A stretch of DNA of 64,000 nt from Promethearchaeota archaeon (GCA_016839555.1 JAEOUA010000008.1:128001-192000); one strand, 5' to 3'. Positions 41,236 through 51,358 are shown, counted from the stretch's first letter. The notes: generated by a model not told the origin, from the letters alone. A program made the numbers and translations.

Positions 41236-41940
41236 ATGAATTTTATAAACATTTTGAATAAAGCAGAAGAATATTATAAACAAAATCAGTTAGAAGAGGC
41301 CTTGCGACTTTTTCTTAAATTATATTATTTTTATGAATCCCATGTCTTACCTCAAAAAAGTCTTAAAGACTTTTATATAACTATAAGAAGGATAGCAAAG
41401 ATTTACAATATAATAAATGAACCTGCTAACGCAATATTCTATTGTAAAAAATTATTAATTATATGTGATAAACTTAAACCTTTTCCTTTTGAAGATAAAA
41501 TTAATATATTAAATGATTTAGGGGAATTACATGAAAAAATTAATGATTATAATTCAGCTATAAAATATTACAATCAATTAATAGTTATTCATAAAGAGAA
41601 TAGAATAACGGAAGGATTAGCTAATGATTATCATGCTATAGCAGATATATATTTCAAACAGAAATCTTACGAAAAAGCAAAACAAGTATATTTAGTTGCC
41701 CTGAAATTTTATGAATTAAGTGATAATAAAGAATTAACAGGTATTATATATTACCGTCTTGGCATAATTTCTTATTTGCAAAACGATTACAGAAAAGCTA
41801 TGGCTAATCTAAATAGTTCTCTTTTAGTATTTGAAAAACTAAATCTAAATGATGATTTATTAAATATTAAAGAGGAAAAATATTACAAGAATGCGAAAAA
41901 ATTATGGAAAAAAATAAAAAGAGAAGGGAAATTCAAATAG
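41236..41940 (+). CDS. Tetratricopeptide repeat protein
   Basis: Repeated LG..H/Y....Y..A..YY pattern. Confidence 0.85.
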   Translation: MNFINILNKAEEYYKQNQLEEALRLFLKLYYFYESHVLPQKSLKDFYITIRRIAKIYNIINEPANAIFYCKKLLIICDKLKPFPFEDKINILNDLGELHEKINDYNSAIKYYNQLIVIHKENRITEGLANDYHAIADIYFKQKSYEKAKQVYLVALKFYELSDNKELTGIIYYRLGIISYLQNDYRKAMANLNSSLLVFEKLNLNDDLLNIKEEKYYKNAKKLWKKIKREGKFK

Positions 41941-42332
41941 AAACCCACTTTTTAAAAAAGAGTAGAGTTAGGCGATTTGCTTGGGATCACTATTTGATTG
42001 TGTGTGATTTTAAAAAATTTATTTAACAATATATAAAGTGACCCTTAGATTGTTTTCTGATTTTATTGTATTACTCAATTTTTTTATTAATACTCCATTT
42101 TCTTTTGAATCAGAATATTTTTTTTCTATATTAATATTGGGCAATTTCGTGAAACGCCCATTTCACGTTCTTTCATATATACCATGATATATTCCTAAGT
42201 TATAAAGTTAAAAATTCATAATACGAAATTAGAGGTTTGCTTCATTTTAAGAGCTAGAGTATAATGCAAATCTCAATGCTAATTAAAGCTCTGAGAAAGA
42301 GGGAGATAACGGTTCGCAAAAAGCTTGTAATT

Positions 42333-43892
42333 CTATATAGGGGGCATACTCAGCGCCTTAAAAATTCGTGTTTTTATTTTTACATTTTTTTCTAGCAATT
42401 TTTCAATGACTTTTTTGGAATTATAATGGTATTTTGCCTCTATAATTAATGATGCAAGATGGGGTATTCTTAATAGTGACTGGGGGAGAGTCTTGAAATC
42501 ATTTCCTCTTAGAGCTAATACTTCTAGTGAATGAAGATTGGCTATTGATTCTGGGAGAGTCGTTAGGTTGTTATCCTCTAATCCTAGTTTCTTAAGTGAT
42601 ATAAGATTCGTTATAACATTTGGGAAAACTGTAATATTATTATACCCTAAGTCAAGTATTTTTAAAGATAAAAGATCCCCCATGGACTTAGGTATAGTAG
42701 AGAGAAGATTTCCACTTAGGTCAAGTATTTTGAGTGACGGGAGACCTCCTATCGCTGCGGGCAGCTTTTTAAGTCGATTACCCACAAGAATAAGCGTCTT
42801 AAGTGATTTTAAGTTATTGATGGTCTGTGGAAGCGTCGATAGGTAATTTTCAAAGAGATCTAAATAAGAAAGATTATATAATTCTGTAATTACCTTGGGA
42901 AGTTTCGAAAGACAATTATAAGCTAGGTTGAGTTTTTTAAGGTTTTTAAGAGCCTTTATAGTGCGGGGGATGCCTCCAAATCTTAGCCGGTTAATACCCA
43001 AATACAATTTTTTGAGTTGTTTTAGCGTCCCAATGTGATCGGGTAGGTTGCTAAAATGATTATCTGCGAGATCCAGTGATTCAAGGCATTTAAGATTTTC
43101 AATTGATATTGGTAGGGTTGATAGATAGTTGGAACCTAAACCAAGTACTTTAAGACCTCTATAATTCCTTATCGCTTCAGGGAGGGTAAAAAACTTGTTC
43201 CCATTTAACCATAATTCTTTCATATTTATTAGATTAATAAAACATTTGGGAAGAGAAGAAAGTTTATTACCGCTAAGGTTTAAATATTCAAGATTGCTTA
43301 GTTCGCATAGGGGCTCGAGTTCGGAGGGGCTTTCTATATTCAAGTGTCTTAAATCTAAATAATTGTTAATGAAGACTATTTTTTTAGATTTAAATGTTAT
43401 ATATGGGAGATCTATAGCTTCCAGTTCCTCTCGACTTAAATATTTTAAATAATTTTCATCCACTAAATATCGGGTAACCGAAGGAACATTCGATTGGAGC
43501 CTTTTGGCGATCTCTTCCTTGAAAACCTTATTTGCAATCGGATCTCCTACATCTCTCAATTTTTTTAATAATTGGAAGGCAAGGTTCATATCTAGTATCT
43601 CAGTATCGTAGTTATTTTCGGCCCATCCTTGAAGGTTGGAGCAATGCCCCCAGAATTCGGTCTCCTTATCTAATAATGTTTTATCCATTTCGTTTTCCTT
43701 ATTATAAAGCGCTATGAATTCATCAATGCTCTCAATATTATCATATTTCTCTATTTCTTGCCTGTCGATATTGAAAAGTAGATATTTGCAAGTAATGAAT
43801 TCTTCGTTACAGACATATATTTTCGTTTTGCCTTTCTTTAATTTTAATTTAAGATACTCGTTGATCTTAAATTCTTTCTCTTTTTTATCCAT
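42333..43892 (-). CDS. Leucine-rich repeat protein with a conserved-looking N-terminal domain
   Basis: About 13 LxxLxLxxNxLxxLP 23-aa repeats. N-domain EFWGHCSNLQGW...GDP..KVFKEEI. Confidence 0.9.
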   Translation of the reverse strand: MDKKEKEFKINEYLKLKLKKGKTKIYVCNEEFITCKYLLFNIDRQEIEKYDNIESIDEFIALYNKENEMDKTLLDKETEFWGHCSNLQGWAENNYDTEILDMNLAFQLLKKLRDVGDPIANKVFKEEIAKRLQSNVPSVTRYLVDENYLKYLSREELEAIDLPYITFKSKKIVFINNYLDLRHLNIESPSELEPLCELSNLEYLNLSGNKLSSLPKCFINLINMKELWLNGNKFFTLPEAIRNYRGLKVLGLGSNYLSTLPISIENLKCLESLDLADNHFSNLPDHIGTLKQLKKLYLGINRLRFGGIPRTIKALKNLKKLNLAYNCLSKLPKVITELYNLSYLDLFENYLSTLPQTINNLKSLKTLILVGNRLKKLPAAIGGLPSLKILDLSGNLLSTIPKSMGDLLSLKILDLGYNNITVFPNVITNLISLKKLGLEDNNLTTLPESIANLHSLEVLALRGNDFKTLPQSLLRIPHLASLIIEAKYHYNSKKVIEKLLEKNVKIKTRIFKALSMPPI

Positions 43893-43904
43893 GTCAAAAA
43901 CACT

Positions 43905-44417
43905 TTATAATGTATTAATATTCTCTATTATAATCTCTTTCCTTACCTTCATCAATAATTTACCAAGAAGATTTCTCCCAGTCCCTTTCTTTCCAATGCC
44001 CCATATTGAATCTGTTGAAGAGTCTTCAACAAGTACTGCATTTTTTGTATTTATAAGTCTCTTCCTTAAATCCGGATCTTTGAATTTAACTTTTAAAATT
44101 TCATACATTCTTTGTTTTTTGATTTCGGACCAATTCGAGACAACATCCCAATGAGGTAATGAATGAGAGACTATTGCCACTAAATACGGCTGGGGAGCTT
44201 TCATTACCCATTCCCTTATTTCGCTATCCTCATATTTACCGAACTGATACGCATGTTCGACGGTCGGAAACTCTCGACCTTCAAACAGAATTGGACTTTT
44301 ATAGAGATTAGATAAGAATCCGTATTCATTAGATGATCTATAAAATTTGATTACACCCTCTTTAATTAGAGTAAGCTGTTTTTTCTCTCTAATTTGGGAT
44401 TTTTTATTACAATTCAT
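43905..44417 (-). CDS. NADAR (YbiA-like) family protein
   Basis: FLSNLY, TVEHAYQ, KF...L..T...LVEDS..DSIWG...G.NLLGKLLMKVR. Confidence 0.92.
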   Translation of the reverse strand: MNCNKKSQIREKKQLTLIKEGVIKFYRSSNEYGFLSNLYKSPILFEGREFPTVEHAYQFGKYEDSEIREWVMKAPQPYLVAIVSHSLPHWDVVSNWSEIKKQRMYEILKVKFKDPDLRKRLINTKNAVLVEDSSTDSIWGIGKKGTGRNLLGKLLMKVRKEIIIENINTL

Positions 44418-44454
44418 ATTTATTTTTGGATAATATTAACTCTTATTATATATA

Positions 44455-44760
44455 CTATAGTTTTAATTTACGTAATTGCTGACTCATCTCTTTTCTCCTA
44501 AGAATTTTTGAGAAAAGCGACTCGTGATTGTCTAACTGATGGAAAAAGGTTTCTAAATCATCAAAATTGTTAAAAAAAACCCGGATTTTATTATTGACGG
44601 TTAATTCGACCCCTTTTTTCTCTTGAATATTACATATTTTGGCATAGATCGCCCCGATTTTTATATCATGCTTTAACAATATTTTTTGATTACCTTTTAT
44701 TGACCAGAAGCCTCTTTTTAATAAATACCCTCTAAACATACCACCTCTATATGATGACAT
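44455..44760 (-). CDS. Hypothetical protein
   Basis: Tightly packed in the cdc6 operon (1-nt gap). Confidence 0.6.
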   Translation of the reverse strand: MSSYRGGMFRGYLLKRGFWSIKGNQKILLKHDIKIGAIYAKICNIQEKKGVELTVNNKIRVFFNNFDDLETFFHQLDNHESLFSKILRRKEMSQQLRKLKL

Positions 44761-44761
44761 T

Positions 44762-45124
44762 TTATTTTTCTACCTCAATTCCTAATATTTTATCTATGAT
44801 AAAATCTAATAAATATATATATGAATCGCTTAAGGGATTTATTTTATTCAAAAACATTCTAATATCATTTATAGTTAAAATTTTAATTATTTCTATAATT
44901 ATTTCTTTTAGATTCTTATTTTTTTCCCCATTAATTTCAATATATCTTTTAACTTTTTTAAAAAGAGGTTGCAAATCTTTATCGTTAAATATAGGTTCTA
45001 AATGCTTCTCTAATACTTCATATTCTCCTTCATTAATATTTAATAAGTTCCATTTTTTCCATAACTCTGGTAAAAGAGCATAAAGGCTTTTAAAATCTAT
45101 CTCCCTTCTCATTTTGTTCTCCAT
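44762..45124 (-). CDS. Hypothetical protein
   Basis: Tightly packed in the cdc6 operon. Confidence 0.6.
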   Translation of the reverse strand: MENKMRREIDFKSLYALLPELWKKWNLLNINEGEYEVLEKHLEPIFNDKDLQPLFKKVKRYIEINGEKNKNLKEIIIEIIKILTINDIRMFLNKINPLSDSYIYLLDFIIDKILGIEVEK

Positions 45125-45986
45125 ATTTTTTATTTTTAAAATTAAGATTTTCGTTTGGAAATTGTTTTATTGGATTATGAGATAAAAAAAAATCGAATTT
45201 AGTTAGGGGGAATTCCACACTTAAGTAGTTGGCTAATTTTTTGAAAAAAAGGTCATAAATTTTCCAAATTGGGACTTTAACTACTGAAATTTCTTGTTCA
45301 AGGGCATAAATTATATCATAAAAAGAAAAATCTGAAACTATGATACAATCGCAGCCCTTCTCTTTACATTTTAATATTATATTGGGATTTAATTGTCTAT
45401 AACCAAGAATTAAGGCTATTGATTTTAGAATTTGATTTAATTTACCTGCATACTCAATTACAGGCATTTTAACTTGTTTCCTGATTTTTATAAGTATGTC
45501 TTTAAGTCTTAAGTTTGGGATGTTAGCTGTGTTTGGAAGGGATTTTTGGACACATATAAGCCCTATTGGGTATTCGGTTTTTTTTTTAAAAGTAAATATC
45601 GCATCTTGATTTTCAAGGGATAATATTTTTGTTAGAATACCATAGGGCCCAAAATTTTGTTGAAAATTTGTTAGAGGATTTAAATGATAGATTATCACAG
45701 GATATTTTGTCAATAGACTAAATTTCTGTATTATATATTTATTTGTAATCTTTTTATTTTGATTTAATAATAAGTTAGTAGTAATTATTAAATCATATTT
45801 TTCACAAACGGCCTTTCTTATTGAATCTATTGATAAATCAATAGATAAAAGCACCCTTTTTGCTTTCCTATTTTCATTAGCTGCCCCAAAAATAAATTCA
45901 CTTTTTTTATCCATTGAGTTTTCATTCGGAAATTGTTCTTTAAAGTATTTTTCAATAGATTCTAATTTCAAATTATTCTCCCTCAA
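45090..45986 (-). CDS. NIF3/YbgI-like protein, metal ligands apparently degenerate
   Basis: KRVLLSIDLS...A....DLIIT and GCDCIIVSDF resemble NIF3, but the HHP and H/E ligand motifs are absent. Confidence 0.6.
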   Translation of the reverse strand: MRENNLKLESIEKYFKEQFPNENSMDKKSEFIFGAANENRKAKRVLLSIDLSIDSIRKAVCEKYDLIITTNLLLNQNKKITNKYIIQKFSLLTKYPVIIYHLNPLTNFQQNFGPYGILTKILSLENQDAIFTFKKKTEYPIGLICVQKSLPNTANIPNLRLKDILIKIRKQVKMPVIEYAGKLNQILKSIALILGYRQLNPNIILKCKEKGCDCIIVSDFSFYDIIYALEQEISVVKVPIWKIYDLFFKKLANYLSVEFPLTKFDFFLSHNPIKQFPNENLNFKNKKYGEQNEKGDRF

Positions 45987-46251
45987 TTAATTTAATAAAG
46001 TTTATGATTCCTCTTACTATAGGATTTTCCTTCTGAAATCGGTAAATTCTAATTCTGCCAATTTTTTTTTCCTGTACTAAATTCATTTCGGTGAGGGTTC
46101 CAAGTTGTTTGGAAACAGATTTATGTGTTGATTTGGTTTTTTTAATTATTTGAGTAATATTCAACTCTTTTTCAGAAGCTAAAACCTTTATAATTTTCAC
46201 CCTGGAACGAGTGCCAAACAACTTTAAAAAAGTTAAATTACTTGGACCCAT
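45973..46251 (-). CDS. ArsR-like winged-helix DNA-binding protein
   Basis: LFGTRSRVKII..L...ELNITQI...SVSKQL..L...LV.EKKIGRIRIY. Overlaps the cdc6 stop codon. Confidence 0.8.
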   Translation of the reverse strand: MGPSNLTFLKLFGTRSRVKIIKVLASEKELNITQIIKKTKSTHKSVSKQLGTLTEMNLVQEKKIGRIRIYRFQKENPIVRGIINFIKLIEGE

Positions 46252-47461
46252 AAAGAATCGCCTCTTGATTGTTGATACTATTGATTAAATGAGGTTGCAA
46301 TTGTTCCAGTGAAATATTTTTAAGTGATAGCCGCGCCTTTCGCCCTTTAATGTTCTCGCTAACAACCCTTACTTTTAATATGGACTCCTCCTCAAATATA
46401 TGCAGATAATTCCATATTGTTGAATATGAAAGTGGATTAAAATTCCTTTTTACACATTGAGATTCGTATTCATTCATTATTTTCTTAACCGAAGCATACT
46501 CTATTTTGTTTTTTTCTAATAATATTGTAAAGCTATATAAAAATAACAACTGATGAATGTTCATCTTCTTAAGAAATTCAAATGAAATATATTGGTAAGG
46601 AAAAAGCGAAATATTTGCCCTTTGTAAATGTATCATTTTTATTGTGCTTGCTTTGCCTTGTTCTGCAAATTTACCTGCTTTATACAATAAATGCATAGCA
46701 GCTCTGACATCGAGATTACCATCTAATAACTCAATGGCATATGATATCATTGCATTAGAAATAATATCAGTGTTAAATGCTCTATTCGCTTTATCTTTCA
46801 ATATATCAAACAATTCATTTGCAGAATAAGTGTTAAAAACTATGAGATTTTTTTGAAAATAATTCACAATATTCGGCATAATCCTTAATAATCCTTTTTC
46901 TGATTTTACTATGCCAACTATAGATAATTTTTCTTGTTTAAATCCAAAATTTTCTGTTATACGTGTTAAATAGTATAAAAATTCTTTCTCTTTTTTAATA
47001 ATATTGTTAGCTTCATCAAGAATAATGATCACTGAAGCTTTATTTTTATGTATTTCTTTAGAGATGAATTCTATTATTTCTTCTCTCCTGAGCCCCCTTT
47101 CTGGAAAGGCTTTATTAAATAATCTAGCAATTTTTATTAGAATTTGATAAGTTGATGTCATACGACAATTGAAATAAAGATATTTTATATCAATATTATG
47201 CTGTTTTGCTATCTTTGTAAAATCTTTGAAAAAATGTTTGATCACTGTAGTTTTACCTACGCCTGAAGCACCTTGAACCAAAACATTTATCGAAGAGTTT
47301 GGATGAATAAGCAAATTCGAGTATAATAGAAATAGTTTTCTTAGTTCATTATCTCTGCCAACAACTTCTTCTGAGGGATAAAAATACCTTAAATAGTGCT
47401 CATTTTTAAATAGAGAATGCGAATGCATTAATTCATCAAATTCCTTTTCAAGATCAAACAT
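46238..47461 (-). CDS. cdc6: Orc1/Cdc6 family replication initiator
   Basis: GRDNEL, Walker A GASGVGKT, YFNC, FPERG, Walker B IILDEA, FNTYSANELFDIL and a C-terminal wHTH. Confidence 0.9.
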   Translation of the reverse strand: MFDLEKEFDELMHSHSLFKNEHYLRYFYPSEEVVGRDNELRKLFLLYSNLLIHPNSSINVLVQGASGVGKTTVIKHFFKDFTKIAKQHNIDIKYLYFNCRMTSTYQILIKIARLFNKAFPERGLRREEIIEFISKEIHKNKASVIIILDEANNIIKKEKEFLYYLTRITENFGFKQEKLSIVGIVKSEKGLLRIMPNIVNYFQKNLIVFNTYSANELFDILKDKANRAFNTDIISNAMISYAIELLDGNLDVRAAMHLLYKAGKFAEQGKASTIKMIHLQRANISLFPYQYISFEFLKKMNIHQLLFLYSFTILLEKNKIEYASVKKIMNEYESQCVKRNFNPLSYSTIWNYLHIFEEESILKVRVVSENIKGRKARLSLKNISLEQLQPHLINSINNQEAILYGSK

Positions 47462-47494
47462 TTTTCTTTGGATCTGATTCTTTATTATCTACTA

Positions 47495-47660
47495 TTAAAA
47501 AATTAAGGGAAAGGAATAAGTTTCCTTCCCCTAACCCAAATCGCCTTTTATTACTTTTAAAGGAGGGGTGAGATCTAAAAAATTCCACCCCACCCTCTCA
47601 CACAATCCTTTCCTTGCAAATTCCCTTAAACCCATAAATATAAATCTTTTATATAATTTT
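47495..47660 (-). promoter_or_regulatory. GC-rich structured leader (two hairpins plus U6 tract, 34-codon uORF) upstream of cdc6, possibly origin-associated
   Basis: Stems 47506-16/47522-32 and 47562-70/47586-94 pair better on the minus strand (G-U pairs). U6 at 47497-502. TATA-like tatataaa near 47649-56. Confidence 0.5.
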
Positions 47661-48164
47661 ATGAGAATATATTTAATAAAATAATATAATTTCATTATTT
47701 ATAAATATTTTGCATAAGATTTTATAAATTCTCACGGAACCGAATTTTTCCGACATAAATTTCTCTTCATTATAACTCTATTATATTACTAAAGACTTAT
47801 TTGATCGGCTTTCTCAATTTAAAGATGAAAGTGACATTTTATTTATTGATATATCAAAAGATGTAATAATAAAAGGATTGAAGAAATGAAAACTCCTATT
47901 TCTTTCTTATATATTAATTTGTGGACTTTAACTTAGTTTAAAGATTCTCTCTTTAATTGTTTCTATTTTTAAGATTTCAATATGTTACCACGAAAAATTT
48001 CTCTTTTTTTCTTATGATCTTTTATATAAATTTATATAATGTTAGATAATTAGAAGATAGATTTTGATCTTTTATGAGAATATTGCATAGAATGGGATAT
48101 ATCCCCATAAATACAAATATAATTATAAAAATTAATTAAATTTCGATTATATATTATTATAATT

Positions 48165-48350
48165 ATGAATGCCGATGAAGAAAAAAAGAAGAAAATAGTT
48201 CTTAGGGTAGAGCTGGATCCAAAAGATGACCAACCGATTTATGATTATTACATCAAAATAAAAGAAGACAACGGATTAAAGAGTCACGCAGAAGTAATGA
48301 GATTTATCATTACAAAATATTATACAAATACTTATGAACCAGAATCATAA
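48165..48350 (+). CDS. Small ribbon-helix-helix-like DNA-binding protein
   Basis: IVLRVEL strand followed by helices ...GLKSHAEVMRFII. Divergent from cdc6. Confidence 0.6.
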   Translation: MNADEEKKKKIVLRVELDPKDDQPIYDYYIKIKEDNGLKSHAEVMRFIITKYYTNTYEPES

Positions 48351-48361
48351 GTGTATCCTTT

Positions 48362-49036
48362 CTAATAAGCAATATTAATGTGGTTAATTTTTTCATCAAT
48401 TTCTTTAGAATTTTTCTTTATGAAATGGTAAATTAATTTAGATTTTTTACTACTTTTAGGAAGATGAATTGATATTTTTTCAAGCAATTCCTCCTTTGTA
48501 AAGTTTTTCCATATTTCAATATATCTGCTTCGGCGAACTCTTAAAACATTTAAAAAGGTTAAGCATTCTAAAATCGTTGCTGCAATAACTAGCATATGAA
48601 ACTTATTTTTAAATACTAAGCGATCATTTTGATCAATATAAACAATTATGTCGTCTTCATTTTTCATCTTTCTATAATATTTTTCAATTTTATTCCAATA
48701 CCAGCAATATTTCTCACTTTTATCAAAAATTAAAATATCTCCAAATTTTGATAGATAAATTGTCTCAGGAAGATTTTCTATAATTTTGATTTTGGTTTTA
48801 ACTTTCGAATCTAGCCAAGAGCCAGTGATAAATTCAGGAGTAGTATAAAAAGCAAAATTATTTCTTAAACTCAATCCTAATTTAATATATTCTTGTAAAT
48901 AAACTTTATCTGATAAGTCGTCTTTCATGATTCCAATCTTTTTTGCTTTATTGAGGAAGAATAACTTCTTCTTTTCTATTTTATCCTTATCAGATTCCAC
49001 TGTTGCAATCTTTTTTTCTAATTTTTTATCAATCAT
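48362..49036 (-). CDS. Hypothetical protein (start moved to ATG 49036, MIDKKLEKK)
   Basis: The longer call overlaps the divergent gene at 49160. The ATG at codon 89 is more plausible. Confidence 0.55.
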   Translation of the reverse strand: MIDKKLEKKIATVESDKDKIEKKKLFFLNKAKKIGIMKDDLSDKVYLQEYIKLGLSLRNNFAFYTTPEFITGSWLDSKVKTKIKIIENLPETIYLSKFGDILIFDKSEKYCWYWNKIEKYYRKMKNEDDIIVYIDQNDRLVFKNKFHMLVIAATILECLTFLNVLRVRRSRYIEIWKNFTKEELLEKISIHLPKSSKKSKLIYHFIKKNSKEIDEKINHINIAY

Positions 49037-49159
49037 ACTTATTAGTTTTGTAAAAAAATTATAAAAAGGCCCAATAAAATTTTCAAATCTTAATAGAATT
49101 TTATAGAGATTGATTAATAATAGATGAATAAGTGTGGAGTTTTTTAAAGAATTTTTATA

Positions 49160-49690
49160 ATGCGTATGATGTTTGAAATTAATATTGAAAGTATAAATGA
49201 TTTTTACGATAGATTTAAGACTATTTTTTTTGAATTTTATAAACAAGGTTTTATCGCTAGTAATTATAATAGAATTAACTTTTATCAAAGCAAAGAGCAA
49301 TTAAAAAAATTTATTCAACAAGATTTTAAATATTTCTTTGATAATAATGCCAATAATTTCTTATTACAACTACAAGATGGAAAAAGGGAATCTCCAAATG
49401 AACTAAAGACTTCAGATATTATAATAGAAAATAAATCAGGTCCTATTATTTTTCCACAACCAGATATAATTTTAGTCACCTGTCCTTTATGTGATAAAAA
49501 AATTTTATCTAAGGAAATTAATTTTGAAAAAATAGATTTATCTCACATTTTAGTTTATCCCTTTCCATATTTGTATGTTCATCATTCTGATGGGGATGCT
49601 TTTCCTCACGCTCTATTGATATATTTCGATGCTCACTTTAAAGTAAGAGGTAAAAAAGTTATAAAATTTTCAAATTTGAATAGTAAATAA
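49160..49690 (+). CDS. Hypothetical protein with a C-terminal putative Zn-binding domain (CPLC...YVH...HALLIYFD)
   Basis: CxxC plus two His motifs. Confidence 0.6.
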   Translation: MRMMFEINIESINDFYDRFKTIFFEFYKQGFIASNYNRINFYQSKEQLKKFIQQDFKYFFDNNANNFLLQLQDGKRESPNELKTSDIIIENKSGPIIFPQPDIILVTCPLCDKKILSKEINFEKIDLSHILVYPFPYLYVHHSDGDAFPHALLIYFDAHFKVRGKKVIKFSNLNSK

Positions 49691-49734
49691 AGTTTTTATA
49701 TTCTAATTATTTAAAATAAAATGGTGAGATAGTA

Positions 49735-50103
49735 ATCATCAAAAACGTCTATTTAGTTGAAGATAATCATAAAAACTTAAAATTATTCAAAACCATTATA
49801 TCACGTCTTAATAATGTAAAACTTTACACTGAAACCCGCGGAGATTTAGGGTTACTTCTAATTGAATCAGGTGATCCTGATCTTGTTATTTTGGACATCA
49901 AATTACAGGCTATTAATGGAATTCAGATGGTAAAAAAATTAAGAAAAATCGAAAAATTTAAAAAAATTCCAATCATAGCTGTAACTGCTTATGCAATGAA
50001 GGGAGATAAGGAGCGCATTATAGAAGCAGGTTTTACGGATTACATCTCAAAACCAATAAATATTCAAGATTTCATTAAAAAAATACAATTATATTTAAAC
50101 TAA
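49735..50103 (+). CDS. Single-domain response regulator (CheY/DivK-like), probable non-canonical ATC start
   Basis: The frame is open from the stop at 49717 and reads IIKNVYLVEDNHKNLKLF...PDLVILDIKL...IIAVTAYAMKGD...YISKP. No ATG/GTG/TTG occurs before the ED motif. GGTGA SD at 49723-27. Confidence 0.8.
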   Translation: MIKNVYLVEDNHKNLKLFKTIISRLNNVKLYTETRGDLGLLLIESGDPDLVILDIKLQAINGIQMVKKLRKIEKFKKIPIIAVTAYAMKGDKERIIEAGFTDYISKPINIQDFIKKIQLYLN

Positions 50104-50162
50104 GGTTTTTCCATTAAAATTTAAGTAAAGTATAATAAACTACTAATATAAGATTCTGTTAC

Positions 50163-50684
50163 TTAATTAAGTGGATTAAATTTTTGCATTTTTAGGGGAT
50201 ATCGAATTCCTAATATTTGGATTGCAATACTATTAATACTTAAAAACCTCTGAAATTGCTCTTCTGATATTTTGAACTTATTTTTTATGATTTCTGCATT
50301 AACGCGATAATCTAAATTTAAAGAATTAGAGATTATAAAAAATGCTAAAAATTCTACTTCATTTAAAGTATTGATTTCCGCTAAAAATAAATCTAAATCA
50401 GTCTTACTTTTTTTATTTACATTTTGAATATTTAGGATTTTAAAATAGTATAAGAATTCAACAAATCCATCACTTATACGGAAGATCTTAGAGGTAATTA
50501 TTTCATCATTACCTTCAATATCGAAAGTTTTCCATATAAATACAACAAAATCATTAAATTCTCGTTTACTTGTAAACACAGCTTTCTTATCAAGCCAAAA
50601 ACCTCCATATAGATTAGTAGCGTTGTTTAGGAATTTTATATATTTTTGATTTTTGCATAAAAAGCTTAGATCTAATTCATACAC
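50163..50684 (-). CDS. Hypothetical protein
   Basis: GTG start with a GGTGA SD 6 nt upstream. Confidence 0.6.
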   Translation of the reverse strand: MYELDLSFLCKNQKYIKFLNNATNLYGGFWLDKKAVFTSKREFNDFVVFIWKTFDIEGNDEIITSKIFRISDGFVEFLYYFKILNIQNVNKKSKTDLDLFLAEINTLNEVEFLAFFIISNSLNLDYRVNAEIIKNKFKISEEQFQRFLSINSIAIQILGIRYPLKMQKFNPLN

Positions 50685-50812
50685 AATTATTCACCTAACG
50701 TATGAAATAAATTTTATACTCTACTATAAAAACACATGTAAAATGATGTTAAATAAAAGATGTGTTTAAATATTTATCTCTACAATTTATTAGGAAAAAG
50801 CATGTATAAATT

Positions 50813-51358
50813 GTGGTACTTTTCTTAATGATGCTTCTTAATCATATATCTTTCTGTTTTATTTCTACTATATTATTTATATGCGTAATTTATGATATAA
50901 AGATGCAAATCATACCCAATCAAATTGTTTTAATTCTATTTATTTATGGAGTTTTAATTTCTATTATTGAGGGTTTCTTTTATATTGATATTTTATTATT
51001 TTTTATTTTTAGTAAAATTTTTCTATTTTTCGGGCTATTTCTTTTATCACTCCTATTATTTAAAAAAAAATTAATTGGAGGGGGAGATGGAAAAATACTT
51101 ATTAGTTTTTTTTTGGCTCTACCTTTTAAATATCTTCCACTATTTATTGTTTTATTCTTCCCATTTTATATTTTTTTTATTGTTTTTACATTAAACATGT
51201 ATTATCTATTAAATAGATTTCGACTTTTTATAGATTTCGACTTATTAAGCCAATCTTTTCTCTTTCAAGATTCACCCTCCATTAAGCAAGATTCAATTGC
51301 TCTATTGATCCCTCATTATTTATCTTATCTTTCAATCATTTTCCTTATTTACTTATGA
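50813..51358 (+). CDS. A24 family prepilin peptidase (PibD/FlaK/TadV-like)
   Basis: Catalytic Asp motifs YDIK...IPN and IGGGDGK. Polytopic membrane protein. Confidence 0.88.
   Translation: MVLFLMMLLNHISFCFISTILFICVIYDIKMQIIPNQIVLILFIYGVLISIIEGFFYIDILLFFIFSKIFLFFGLFLLSLLLFKKKLIGGGDGKILISFFLALPFKYLPLFIVLFFPFYIFFIVFTLNMYYLLNRFRLFIDFDLLSQSFLFQDSPSIKQDSIALLIPHYLSYLSIIFLIYL

Noticed and set aside
42300-42330. ataacggttcgc as an integron attC-like half site
   Set aside because: No complementary partner box or cassette array was found.
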